DNA of 64,000 nucleotides, taken from positions 1,088,001-1,152,000 of the forward strand of contig CAWHAE010000012.1 of assembly GCA_963827235.1 (NCBI GenBank), given 5' to 3'. The first letter of the stretch is position 1. Each line of letters opens with the position of its first letter. A model generated the notes under the pieces. That model was not told where the DNA came from and searched no databases. It worked only from the letters and a program-made list of their open reading frames with translations. Shown one piece after another: positions 10,521 through 19,510 of the stretch. The DNA is from an uncultured bacterium (GTDB lineage: Bacteria > Chloroflexota > UBA5177 > JANWHV01). Position numbers and translations under genes: made by a program.

Positions 10521-11390
10521 TCATGTCTCGGCCGCGCCCTGTTGTGGCCGGGTGAGTACGGCCAACCCAGCGATGACCGCCAGCAAGCCCAGGCTGATCG
10601 CCCACTCGGGCACGAAGCTCAAGTGCTGCGCCAGCACGGCAAAGCGGTCGCTGCCCCAGTAGCTGAAGCTAAACCAGGAGCTTCGGCGTATACGTGCCGC
10701 GCCCGTCAGCGCCGGCCCTACCATCAGGCCACCCAAGCAGCCGAAGATTGCGAAGGCGCCAGGGTCGGTGAGCGGGACACAAAGAGACAGGTCGCCAAGC
10801 GGCACGCTCACGCCGCAAGCGCGAAATATGTCGCGCTCGGCCAGGCCCGACCGATCCCAGAGCAGCGAGGCGAAGAACAGAGGCATCACCATGTCCGGCA
10901 CGCAGGCCAGACCGATCGCCACGACATGCAACGTCGAGCTGGCTGTCACCGAGACCACTAGCACGCCGCTCAGCACCGGCGCGCATCAGGAGTTGACGGG
11001 CCCGAGACCATGCCGAGCAGGAAGGTGCCGCCGGTCTGGCCGTTGACATCTGGCCGGCGCAACGTGGGCATGGGCAGGGACCAGCCCTTGCCCCGCAAGG
11101 CGGAAAGCGCCCTGCCCAGCATCTGTACACCGCCCAGGAAGAGGACTTCCCGATGGGCCTGATTGAAAAACTGCCCCAGGGCGCCGATGCCGAGCACCAC
11201 GGGGAGCAGGATGACCGCGACGCCGAGCGCGAATCCGCCCGTGAGCTGGACGACGTTCCAGCTCGTCACGCGGAGCATGGCCGCCACGTAGGTAGGCAGC
11301 AGGGAGACGATGCCTCAAAGGAGCGATCAGGGCAAGCACGCCGCCCAGGAATGCGGTAAGGATGGAACTGCCCAGGATCAGGGTTTGCAT
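10521..11390 (-). pseudogene. ccdA: CcdA/DsbD-type cytochrome c biogenesis transmembrane protein, multiply frameshifted
   Basis: Three frames join into AFLGGVLALIAP..IVSLLPTY / GTFLLGMVSG / CAPVLSGVL..., the CcdA pattern; frameshifts at about 11315 and 10985. Confidence 0.8.
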
Positions 11391-11391
11391 G

Positions 11392-11650
11392 CTACGCTCC
11401 CTTACACGGCAGCGTTACGGCTCGCTGCTCGAGCAGCCGACGCAGCCTGAGCTCTGAGAGCCGGCCGAAGCCGACGAAGCGGCCGTCCAGGAGCAGCGCG
11501 CGTGGGAAGAGGGCACTTTGCCGCGCCACGAGCGCCTGGCCATCGGGTGAGGCCCAGGGGATCTCGTGCACGGCGAGCGGGAACTTCACGGCCAGCCTGG
11601 CGAGGGCTTTCTTGCCGTCCTCGCGGAAGTGGCAGTCAGGCGCTTAGTCG
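11392..11650 (-). pseudogene. Glutaredoxin-like (thioredoxin-fold) protein remnant
   Basis: Manual translation PDCHFREDGKKALARLAVKFPLAVHEI...FPRALLLDGRFVGFGRLSE; CxxC appears degraded to CHFR; upstream frame is blocked by a stop; abuts the ccdA remnant. Confidence 0.6.
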
Positions 11651-11747
11651 AACTTGGACGACGGCCAGACCGCGAGCCACTTGGCAGCGCGCGGCATCGG
11701 TTCACGGAGGCACTGCCATTCATCAGTACTACCAAGCGCCACGAGCA

Positions 11748-12845
11748 GTGCGGCCCATACGATCAGCCGCACGCGCGCTTGCCGTCGTAGCGCTCATTGC
11801 AGCTTCGCCGGCCCGCGCAGAGGCCGGAGGGTCCCGTGCTGCGCAGGTCGCCGCGTGTGGGGGAAGACCTGGACACACACTGGCGTTCGACGCGAGCAGT
11901 CTCGATCCCGCTGCTCGGTGGCACGTCTATGTCATGGCCGACAACGGGCTACACCTCTGCCAAGTTCCTGGGCCAGTCGGCCAGGACTGCACGGAGCCGG
12001 TCTGGGCGCCCGACGGTCATACCTTCATCTATCAGTGTGAGCGGCGGTCGCTACGCCGAGACACCGGCAGCCTGTACGCTGCGACACCGAACGGCAGCGG
12101 GCTGCGCCTGCTTACAAGCGGGACTAATGGCGTCGCGCCCAGATGGTACAACCAAGGGCGCCGCGTACTCTACCTCTCCTACAAGGGTACGGCCGCGTCC
12201 TGGTGGAGCATGGCGCCCGATGGTAGCGCGCGGCGAGAGGAAGGTAGCCTCGATACATACACCAGCTATACGGCCGCACCCAGGGGCACTACGACTGCCT
12301 GGATCACGAGGACTACCATCACGGGATTATGGATTCTCGCCGGAGGCAGCCGCACTCCACGCGTGGTCGCCGCCGGTACTCACGTCGACCGCGTAGATCA
12401 GTTTTCGCCCGACGGCCGGTGGCTGGCATTCTGGGCCCGGCATGGGACAGCCGACATCCTCTACGTTGTCGACGTACATGGATCGCAGATACGCGCGGTC
12501 GCACCGGTGTCAGTCGATAGTGAGGAGGCATTCTCACCTGACGGGCACACGCTGGCATACACCGCGCTGCACGGCGCGCTCTACGCTCTCTGGTTCGTAG
12601 GGACCTGGGGCGGCAAGCCACAACTTGTCACCGACCTCAACTTGGGGGATGAGAGTGGCGAAATAACGCCTGCCGCGCCCACATGGTCGGCAGACGGGCG
12701 CTACGTAGCCATCAGCACGTTCACCGGGGCAGGCTTTGCGATTCTACGCTACAACGTCGACCGTCGCACGCGGCCTGCAACAATGACTCCGCCCGGACAC
12801 ATCTTCGATTTGCTCTATGACCTTGCCTGGCAGCCGCTGGCATAG
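11748..12845 (+). CDS. Secreted TolB-like (PD40/WD40) beta-propeller protein
   Basis: Signal peptide ending ARA; repeats EPVWAPDG, FSPDGRWLAF, FSPDGHTLAY, PTWSADGRYVA; start codon uncertain. Confidence 0.85.
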   Translation: MRPIRSAARALAVVALIAASPARAEAGGSRAAQVAACGGRPGHTLAFDASSLDPAARWHVYVMADNGLHLCQVPGPVGQDCTEPVWAPDGHTFIYQCERRSLRRDTGSLYAATPNGSGLRLLTSGTNGVAPRWYNQGRRVLYLSYKGTAASWWSMAPDGSARREEGSLDTYTSYTAAPRGTTTAWITRTTITGLWILAGGSRTPRVVAAGTHVDRVDQFSPDGRWLAFWARHGTADILYVVDVHGSQIRAVAPVSVDSEEAFSPDGHTLAYTALHGALYALWFVGTWGGKPQLVTDLNLGDESGEITPAAPTWSADGRYVAISTFTGAGFAILRYNVDRRTRPATMTPPGHIFDLLYDLAWQPLA

Positions 12846-13100
12846 CGGAGGAGGCCAACCATACCGACTCTACTGCTGCCGCGCGCGAGAAGCCGTGTCG
12901 CGTAGCGCACCAGTCTCTCGACATGCTCGACGATCCATCGCATCCAGGTCTGGGGTGCTTCCGCGATCTGGCTCTGATCGCGGTTTTGCGCCAAGCTTTG
13001 TACACTTGGCCTTCTACGCTGGCTGTACTGCGATCGGCGCCACCATGTGTCAGGATTACCACAAACTACCAGTACCATCGACCTTAAGCGTGAGTACGTA

Positions 13101-13130
13101 AGCTTCGCATAATCATTGTTATGCGAAGCT
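13101..13130. other. Perfectly symmetric dif/Xer-like tyrosine-recombinase site candidate
   Basis: AGCTTCGCATAA-TCATTG-TTATGCGAAGCT: 12-bp perfect arms around a 6-bp spacer; inner CGCATAA-N6-TTATG is as in E. coli dif. Confidence 0.6.
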
Positions 13131-13667
13131 CAGTATCGCCAGGCGCCGCACTACGTTCCTGGTTGTCAGCGCTCAACTATCTTGGCCACTTTCGATGGTA
13201 GTTGGCCAGAAGTGCAATGACTTGGCCACCGAGGTCAGCAGTGGATCGCTTGGCAGAGTTCGACACACCTAGGACCTCTCGTGGCACGAGCCGATCTGAA
13301 CGGCTCTTCTTCCGGGACGGGACGTGGGGCAACGGGCGAACGAGTGGTTGTGTACGCCTGCCGTTCGAGTCATCCGCGCGCTTGAGCCTGGATGTCTGTT
13401 GCGCGGGGTTACAGCAGCCTGGGACAACTCGCAGACGAGAGGTGCTTGGAATCATGGATCCGCGGGGCTAGCTTCTGCTGCAGACGATAGCGATCGAGGC
13501 AGGGGCGGGTGGGCAGGAGCAGGCACGTATGCCCACGGCTGGCGTGGCACGTGTCGCCCGGATAGAAACGCCGGCAACAACTTGCCGCGCGCCGTGGCCC
13601 TCGAGGATCCGGCGACCAGGCTTGCGGCGTGCGCTGCGAGCCTGCAGCGCACGCCGCCGAGAAGCGG

Positions 13668-16600
13668 TTACTTCGTGACCGCGAGCGTGACCGGCACGCG
13701 AACGACGCGACCCGTGACCTGCTGTGTCGCCAGCACGGTGAGGTGATAGGTCTTGGGCGAGACGCCTTTGCCCACCACCACGTGCAGCGTCGCCGTGTGG
13801 CCAGTCGCGAACAGCGATGCGAGACCGCGAAGGCTACCGGCCGTGATCCCCTTGGGCGCGCCCTTGGCCAGGCTCAGCGTGATGTAGTCGCTTGCATAGT
13901 GCCAGGCAGAGCCCAGCGGTGTGACCTTGAGCGGCACGTCCAGCGTGCCACCCTGCCGCACATGGCCCATGGCAGACTGCACGCGGTAATTGACGCCGAA
14001 TGATGCGATCAGCAGCCGCCTGGCGACGGCGTGCGCGCTCTCGTGCCCGTCCACGTCATAGGCGACCACGGCGGCCTGGTAGGTGACCCCGCGCAGCGTT
14101 TCGGGCAGGGTGGCAGATGTAGCGTTGGGAGCGACGTAGCTCACGCTCCACTTGTTGGCCGGCCAGCCGCTGTGCCGCCAGTAGACCTCGTACCCCTCGC
14201 GGAGGCCGACCTGGGCCGGCGGCGTCCAGAGCACGACCAGGTGTCCGCGGTAGTCGGTGGCCACCACGGAGCGCGGCGCCGCCGGATGTGCGGGCTGTAC
14301 GACATGGACGCGGCCGGCGGCATAGCCGACGATATCCGGTCCGGCGCCATCGTCGAGCACCGCGTAGATGAAGTACGTTCCGGCCGGCACCGAGCGCGTG
14401 TTCCAGGTGTAGTGCCAGTTGCCGCCTACCAGGGGCACCTGCGTGACGATCGCGGTGCCGTTGGCGGTCCTGGCGGCCGTGTTGTAATACAGCGAGACCG
14501 TCTTGCCGGCCGATGGGTCGCCGGTGAGTCGCCCGGAGAAACTCACCGTCGGGTTGGCCGTGAGCACCTTACCAGCGGCTGGCGCGTCGACCATGAGCGT
14601 GGGTAGCTGCGGGTCCGGATAGTACATGGTCATCTCGTAGGCCTCGTCGCCGTGCAGGTTGCCGATGTGCACCGTCCAGGCGCCCGCCCGCGGGTTTGCG
14701 ACGGCAATCTGGTACGCGCCCGTGTAGCCGTCGCCGAGATCGGCGCTGACCGGTGAGCCGGCGGGCGGCAGGTGGCCTGTGCCGTCGGGGCCTTCGATCG
14801 TAAACGTCGGCGATCCGGCCTTCCAGGCCAGGATGAATACCGCTTCGGGCTCACCGGGCAGGATCTGCACCCTCGACGTGACGGAAGGCAGGCTGCTGGG
14901 TGCATACGCCACGTGATCGGACATGATGGGGACGCTGGGCGCACCGGCGTCCGGCAGCGCCGCGCCATCTGCCAGCGAGCGCCACACCACCGTCGACTGC
15001 GCGGGGAGGCCGAGGGCCGGCGCCAGAGACAGCGGAGTATCGGCCGTGTCGTAGAGCGTGTAGCCGCCCAGGTTCTTCCACTTGACGTGGACTCCGTTGT
15101 CGAGGTAGACGAGGACGTGCAGGTGGAACTTGATGCCGCAGAGGTCGACGCCGATGCCTGCCTTGACACCCTTGTACATGGCGGAGTTGTCGCTGTCGAC
15201 GAACTTGCCGATCGAGGCGTCGGCTCCGGCGCTGATGCCGCAGGGCGGAATCAGTGGAGCGATCGAGTTCTTCGGGATCTCGATCTCGATCGAGGCGGTA
15301 GCCGCGATCTCGGGGCCGCTGTGGTCGAGCCAGAGGTGCGCGTACGCGTCGCCGTCGATGGAAATCTTCTTGTCCTTCCGGATGGTGAACTCCTTGCCCA
15401 CGTAGATCTCGGCGTAGAAGCCGGTCGAGGCGCTGGCGTCGATCGTCGCCCCGTGGTTCGGCAGCACCGTGGCGCAAACGCCGTCCGGCTGTGCCACGAT
15501 TCGCACGCAGAGCCCGCCCTTGATGTCAAAGAACTTGAAGAGCTCCGAATCCTGGGTGCCGAAGGAAAAGTTGCCGTCGGTGGCGAACGCTCCCGTCACG
15601 TCGCCGTTGTAGATGAAGCCGTCGTCGTCCGTGGCGAGGTGCAATCCCAGATCGAAGGTGTAGATGACGGTCCCGGCGATCGGGTGGCCGCTCTTGTCGT
15701 AGCGAGAACCGATCTTGATCCCGCCGTGAATGCCGTTGATCTCGAATCCGGTTTCGTCGAGCGGAATGCCGCCCGCTTGCGACTGCAAGTCCAGCTCGGC
15801 CGAGCGCAGCTCCGAGGGATGCGCGGCGTCCGGCGTGCCCAGCTCGAAGGAGCAGCTCAGCTCGCCGATGCCCTTCAAAGCGACCGTGGCGCTGCCGGCG
15901 AAGTCATAGGTGACCGCGCCGTTCGTGTCGGTGAACGTAATGCTGGCCGTTCCGTCGAGCTCGAAGCCACCGGCGTCGATCTCGGGCAGGGTGAGGTCGG
16001 CGCCGCCGCCCGTGATGCTGATGCTGTGGCCGTCGAAAGACAGCCCTTGAAGGGTCAAGCTGTCCTTGAAGATGGGCAGCGATACAGTGATCTGGCCGAT
16101 CGAAATGCTGCCGCTGTGCAGCGTGAAGCCGGAGGCGCTGACGCTCATGTCGCCGAACGAGAATGTGAGCGGCTTGCTGACCGAGGCGTCCGTTCCATCG
16201 CCGGACGTCGTGAGGTCGAACGACGGCAGGGCAAACGTTTTGCTGCCGAGCTCGGAAGGCAACACGATGCTGGCGCTCGGAATGACCAGGCCCGTCGTGC
16301 CCAGTGTGAAGGGTCCCGTGCTGATCGTCGCGCCGGCCATCTTGAACGTGATGCCCGCGGAGGTGGCGACCACGGCGAACGAGGAGTCGATGGTCACCTG
16401 AGTCAGGGACAGGCTGGAGGTGCCGAAAAACGTCGCAAGCTTGGTGGGCAATGTGATCGATGGTTGCGAGACGGTGAGGCCACTGCTGTCCAGGGTGAGG
16501 CTCCGCGCGGCGAGCGTGAAGCCGAAGGCCTGGAACGAAATGGAGCCGCTCGTCAGCGGGCCGGTGATCCCCCAGGTGCCGCCGGTGCAGGTCATCCTGA

Positions 16601-18590
16601 GGGTGCCGGCGATGGTGACCGTCCTGCCGTTGACGGCGAAGCTGGCCGGCAGACTGAGCGAGACCCCCGTAATCACGAATCCGCTCGTGTCGAGCCGCAT
16701 GCCCGTGAAGCCGAGTGTGAAGCCGAGGGCTTTCATCGTGCCAGCGCCCATGGTCAGCGCCCCGCTGGCCTGCCACGTGCCGCTGCTCTTGGTCACGCTG
16801 AGGCTGCCGGTGAGCGTCAGCGGAGTGCTGCCGGCGTCGAAGCCAGACGGCAGAGTGAGGGACACACCCGTGACGGTGAGCCCGCTGATGTCCAGTGTGA
16901 TCTTCTGCACGTCCAGCGTGAAGCCCATGAACGCGAGGTGCGTCCCCGTTGCGGTGAGGCTGCCGGTGATCGACGTATGACCTCCGTTGTAAGTGGCAGT
17001 GAGGTCGCCTGTGATCGCGGTGCCGCCCAGCGAGCCGGGAAGGGTGAACTTCGTGCCGACAAGCTTGAAGCTGGCGGTGGTGCCGCTACCCGCCGAGGCG
17101 TCGAGCGAGACGGTGCCGGCCGTCATGGTCTCCCCGTAGGCGAGCACGCTCACGTTCGCGGCCGAGAGCGTGCCGGTCATGGCGCCGGTCCCGATCTGGA
17201 TATTGCCCGCGAGCGTGCCGATGCCGAGGCTGCCGGGCAGGGTCAGCCTGGCGCCGTTGACCTGGAGCCCGGTCGAGCTCAGCACGCTGGTGGGCACGCT
17301 CACGCTCAGGCCCGCCAGAGTGAAGCTGAAGGCGGGCAGCGTGAGCGGCAGGCTGGGCGCCTTACCGGCGCCGATCTGCATGGTGGACAGAGAGAGCGAG
17401 GCAGTGGCGTTCAGGAATGCCGGCGGCAACACGGTGACGTTCGTGACCGTATTGCCCACCGGCGGATCGCCGTCAAAGGTGAAGCCGAGCTCCACGTAGT
17501 GGTAGGGCGTGGCGGTTGACGTGGCAGTCGCCGTCACCGACGACGTCGCACTCAGCGCGGGGGTGCTGGTAGCCTGGGCGCTGTGCGTCGTCACGACCGT
17601 GGTGGCGGTGTTCGTGGCCGAAGCGGTCTTCGTGGCAGTGGCGGTTGCCGTGCGCGAGGCGGTGCTCGTGGCCGTGGCGGTGCTCGTGGCCGTGGCGGTG
17701 CTCGTGGCCGTGGCGGTGCTCGTGGCCGTAGCGGTGGCCGTGGCAGTCGGCGGCGAGTACACGGTGGTCACGTCGCTGTCGCCGCCGCTCGTGCCGTCAC
17801 TGGAAGAAACGTCTACCGTGTTTGTGATGGTGTCACCCGCGATCGCGCTGTTCGACACCGTGGCGTTGAGCGTGAGGGGGGGCAATGAGTCGCCGGGCTC
17901 AATATAGGTTTCGCCCGGGTAGTAGTAGCATTCGACGCTGGTCGACGAGGTCTGCACCTGCCCGCAGTCCCAGTAGTTGGCGTTCACCCCGAGATCCGCC
18001 AGCGTAAACGTGATGGTATTTGCCTGGTCGGCGTCGCTGAGCGAGCTGGAAACGGTCAGTGCATACCCCTCTGGAGCGACGCTGACCGTCGGCGTGATCG
18101 TGTAGGTAATCGACTGCCCCGGCACCACCTGCCCACCGGCGCTGTCGGTAATCGTCGCGCTCAGCACCGGCGTCTGGCCATCCCGCGCCCGGGCAGCGGC
18201 GGCGACGTTCGGCCGGACGGAGAGCTTGCTCGCGCTCTCGACCTTGCCGGCGTCATGCACACTCGTCGCGGTCCGGCCGGCACTACTCGCGGCGGCCGGG
18301 ACGCGGCGGGCAGGTGCTGCCGCCGGCGTGGCATCGGACGTGCCCGTCACGCCGTATTCCTTTTCGAGCGCCTGCAGCACGGCCGCGCCGAGCGCGGTGC
18401 GCATCAGCTCGCGCCCGCGGGCCGAGTGTAGCAGCTTCAGCAACTCCCGCTGCTGGTTCTTCATAACACTATCCGGCCAGGTGAAGGTCGAGGCTCTCGC
18501 CACACTGCTCCGCGGCAGTGCCAGGCCGCCTGATCCACCCAGTACTATCAGCAGGACCAGCGCGATCCGGAAGGACAGCCACTTGCGCAC
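13668..18590 (-). CDS. Giant secreted beta-rich protein (~1640 aa): signal peptide, DUF11/Ig-like domain, Thr/Ala linker, long beta-strand repeat region, Ig-like and FN3 C-terminal domains
   Basis: GTG start with VRKWLSFRIALVLLIVLGG...VARA; TSTATA repeats; about 800 aa of G/S/T-rich amphipathic strands; PAAPRSVVAT...LWTPP...GYEVYW...YQAAVVAYD (FN3). Confidence 0.85.
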   Translation of the reverse strand: MRKWLSFRIALVLLIVLGGSGGLALPRSSVARASTFTWPDSVMKNQQRELLKLLHSARGRELMRTALGAAVLQALEKEYGVTGTSDATPAAAPARRVPAAASSAGRTATSVHDAGKVESASKLSVRPNVAAAARARDGQTPVLSATITDSAGGQVVPGQSITYTITPTVSVAPEGYALTVSSSLSDADQANTITFTLADLGVNANYWDCGQVQTSSTSVECYYYPGETYIEPGDSLPPLTLNATVSNSAIAGDTITNTVDVSSSDGTSGGDSDVTTVYSPPTATATATATSTATATSTATATSTATATSTASRTATATATKTASATNTATTVVTTHSAQATSTPALSATSSVTATATSTATPYHYVELGFTFDGDPPVGNTVTNVTVLPPAFLNATASLSLSTMQIGAGKAPSLPLTLPAFSFTLAGLSVSVPTSVLSSTGLQVNGARLTLPGSLGIGTLAGNIQIGTGAMTGTLSAANVSVLAYGETMTAGTVSLDASAGSGTTASFKLVGTKFTLPGSLGGTAITGDLTATYNGGHTSITGSLTATGTHLAFMGFTLDVQKITLDISGLTVTGVSLTLPSGFDAGSTPLTLTGSLSVTKSSGTWQASGALTMGAGTMKALGFTLGFTGMRLDTSGFVITGVSLSLPASFAVNGRTVTIAGTLRMTCTGGTWGITGPLTSGSISFQAFGFTLAARSLTLDSSGLTVSQPSITLPTKLATFFGTSSLSLTQVTIDSSFAVVATSAGITFKMAGATISTGPFTLGTTGLVIPSASIVLPSELGSKTFALPSFDLTTSGDGTDASVSKPLTFSFGDMSVSASGFTLHSGSISIGQITVSLPIFKDSLTLQGLSFDGHSISITGGGADLTLPEIDAGGFELDGTASITFTDTNGAVTYDFAGSATVALKGIGELSCSFELGTPDAAHPSELRSAELDLQSQAGGIPLDETGFEINGIHGGIKIGSRYDKSGHPIAGTVIYTFDLGLHLATDDDGFIYNGDVTGAFATDGNFSFGTQDSELFKFFDIKGGLCVRIVAQPDGVCATVLPNHGATIDASASTGFYAEIYVGKEFTIRKDKKISIDGDAYAHLWLDHSGPEIAATASIEIEIPKNSIAPLIPPCGISAGADASIGKFVDSDNSAMYKGVKAGIGVDLCGIKFHLHVLVYLDNGVHVKWKNLGGYTLYDTADTPLSLAPALGLPAQSTVVWRSLADGAALPDAGAPSVPIMSDHVAYAPSSLPSVTSRVQILPGEPEAVFILAWKAGSPTFTIEGPDGTGHLPPAGSPVSADLGDGYTGAYQIAVANPRAGAWTVHIGNLHGDEAYEMTMYYPDPQLPTLMVDAPAAGKVLTANPTVSFSGRLTGDPSAGKTVSLYYNTAARTANGTAIVTQVPLVGGNWHYTWNTRSVPAGTYFIYAVLDDGAGPDIVGYAAGRVHVVQPAHPAAPRSVVATDYRGHLVVLWTPPAQVGLREGYEVYWRHSGWPANKWSVSYVAPNATSATLPETLRGVTYQAAVVAYDVDGHESAHAVARRLLIASFGVNYRVQSAMGHVRQGGTLDVPLKVTPLGSAWHYASDYITLSLAKGAPKGITAGSLRGLASLFATGHTATLHVVVGKGVSPKTYHLTVLATQQVTGRVVRVPVTLAVTK
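17658..17729. repeat. 18-bp coding tandem repeat x4 (GGCGGTGCTCGTGGCCGT) encoding the TATSTA linker
   Basis: Four consecutive identical units read directly from the sequence. Confidence 0.9.
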
Positions 18591-18683
18591 GTTATCAACC
18601 CTTCTGCTTGCATCGAAGCCGACCCGGCACACACGCGCGTGTGCATGACGCCGGCATCGCGGAACTACCCGGTACACCGTCCG

Positions 18684-18838
18684 GACTGATTCTATCTTGT
18701 TGGGGCCCGGAGCATGTCGCACAGATGGGCGCAAGTTGGTCCAAGGCCGAGAAGGACGTCGCCAGAAGGCTATTCGGCAGCCACACACGGCGGCACATAT
18801 GCAACAAGTACCGGTCCACAACGCGACTGATTCTATCT
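18684..18838 (-). promoter_or_regulatory. Duplicated 14-bp box (AGATAGAATCAGTC on the minus strand) containing a TAGAAT -10-like element
   Basis: gactgattctatct occurs at 18684-18697 and 18825-18838, upstream of the giant gene. Confidence 0.5.
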
Positions 18839-19072
18839 CGTCGCCCGCCGCATGGATATGCCTGCGCCGGCGCGCCCTGGTGTCGCGGCCGGCTGCGAAC
18901 GCTCCGGATCCGTCACGGAGCTCAACTCGGCCTGCAGGTGCACCACCACGCCGGCGAGTTCCGCAAAGTGCAACGGGCTGCGATATGCAGCAGTCGACCG
19001 GTCCAACAGAACTTGCCTGGCTACACTATCCGGAGGAGCGAGCGTAAGGAGACAGCACGATGAGCGATACGC

Positions 19073-19500
19073 ATGAAGGCCAGGCCACTGCTCGGATATC
19101 CGGCCGATGCGCGTCTCTTGGCCTCCGGTCCACGCATCTCGATTGGCATTGCCTCTACGACGGGGGAGGGCCGACGTCTTCGACATCACGCTCGAGCAAG
19201 CGAAGGAATACGGACTAGCGCTTCGGGTCTACGGCCACGAGGCGATGCAGACGGTGCAGAGTCAGGGGCTTCCTGCGAACGATCACGCGCTGCTGGATAG
19301 CTGTCGGCTGAATACCGCGGGCAAGGCGGCGCGCTATGAGGAACTGTTGCGGGACTTGCCGTCAGCCCTGAGCGAGTGGGCGGTGCTTCCGGGAAACGAC
19401 TACCCTGAGTCACTGACGATCGAGTCCGGCGAGGACGGTGGCCTTGCTACACCACGTAACAGGACGCGATCCACGCAGCAACACCGCCTTCGGGAGTCGT
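19073..19500 (+). pseudogene. ChbG/YdjC-family carbohydrate deacetylase, internally deleted and frameshifted
   Basis: N-terminal LLGYPADARLL jumps directly to THLDWHCL, then ADVFDI...AKEYGLALRV...LPSALSEWAVLPG; the NADDFG catalytic region is missing. Confidence 0.75.
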
Positions 19501-19510
19501 CTCGCGGTTC

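Noticed and set aside
12923-13087. 54-aa ORF with RDLALIAVL beside the dif-like site as a tyrosine-recombinase remnant
   Set aside because: The resemblance is limited to a few residues; the catalytic G.R..E and HxxR motifs are absent.
14772-17519. 915-aa plus-strand ORF (and similar long ORFs 6147-7895, 50593-52983, 56458-57960, 62500-63942)
   Set aside because: These are antisense or alternative-frame shadows of real genes in high-GC DNA, Arg/Gly/Ala-rich with no motifs.
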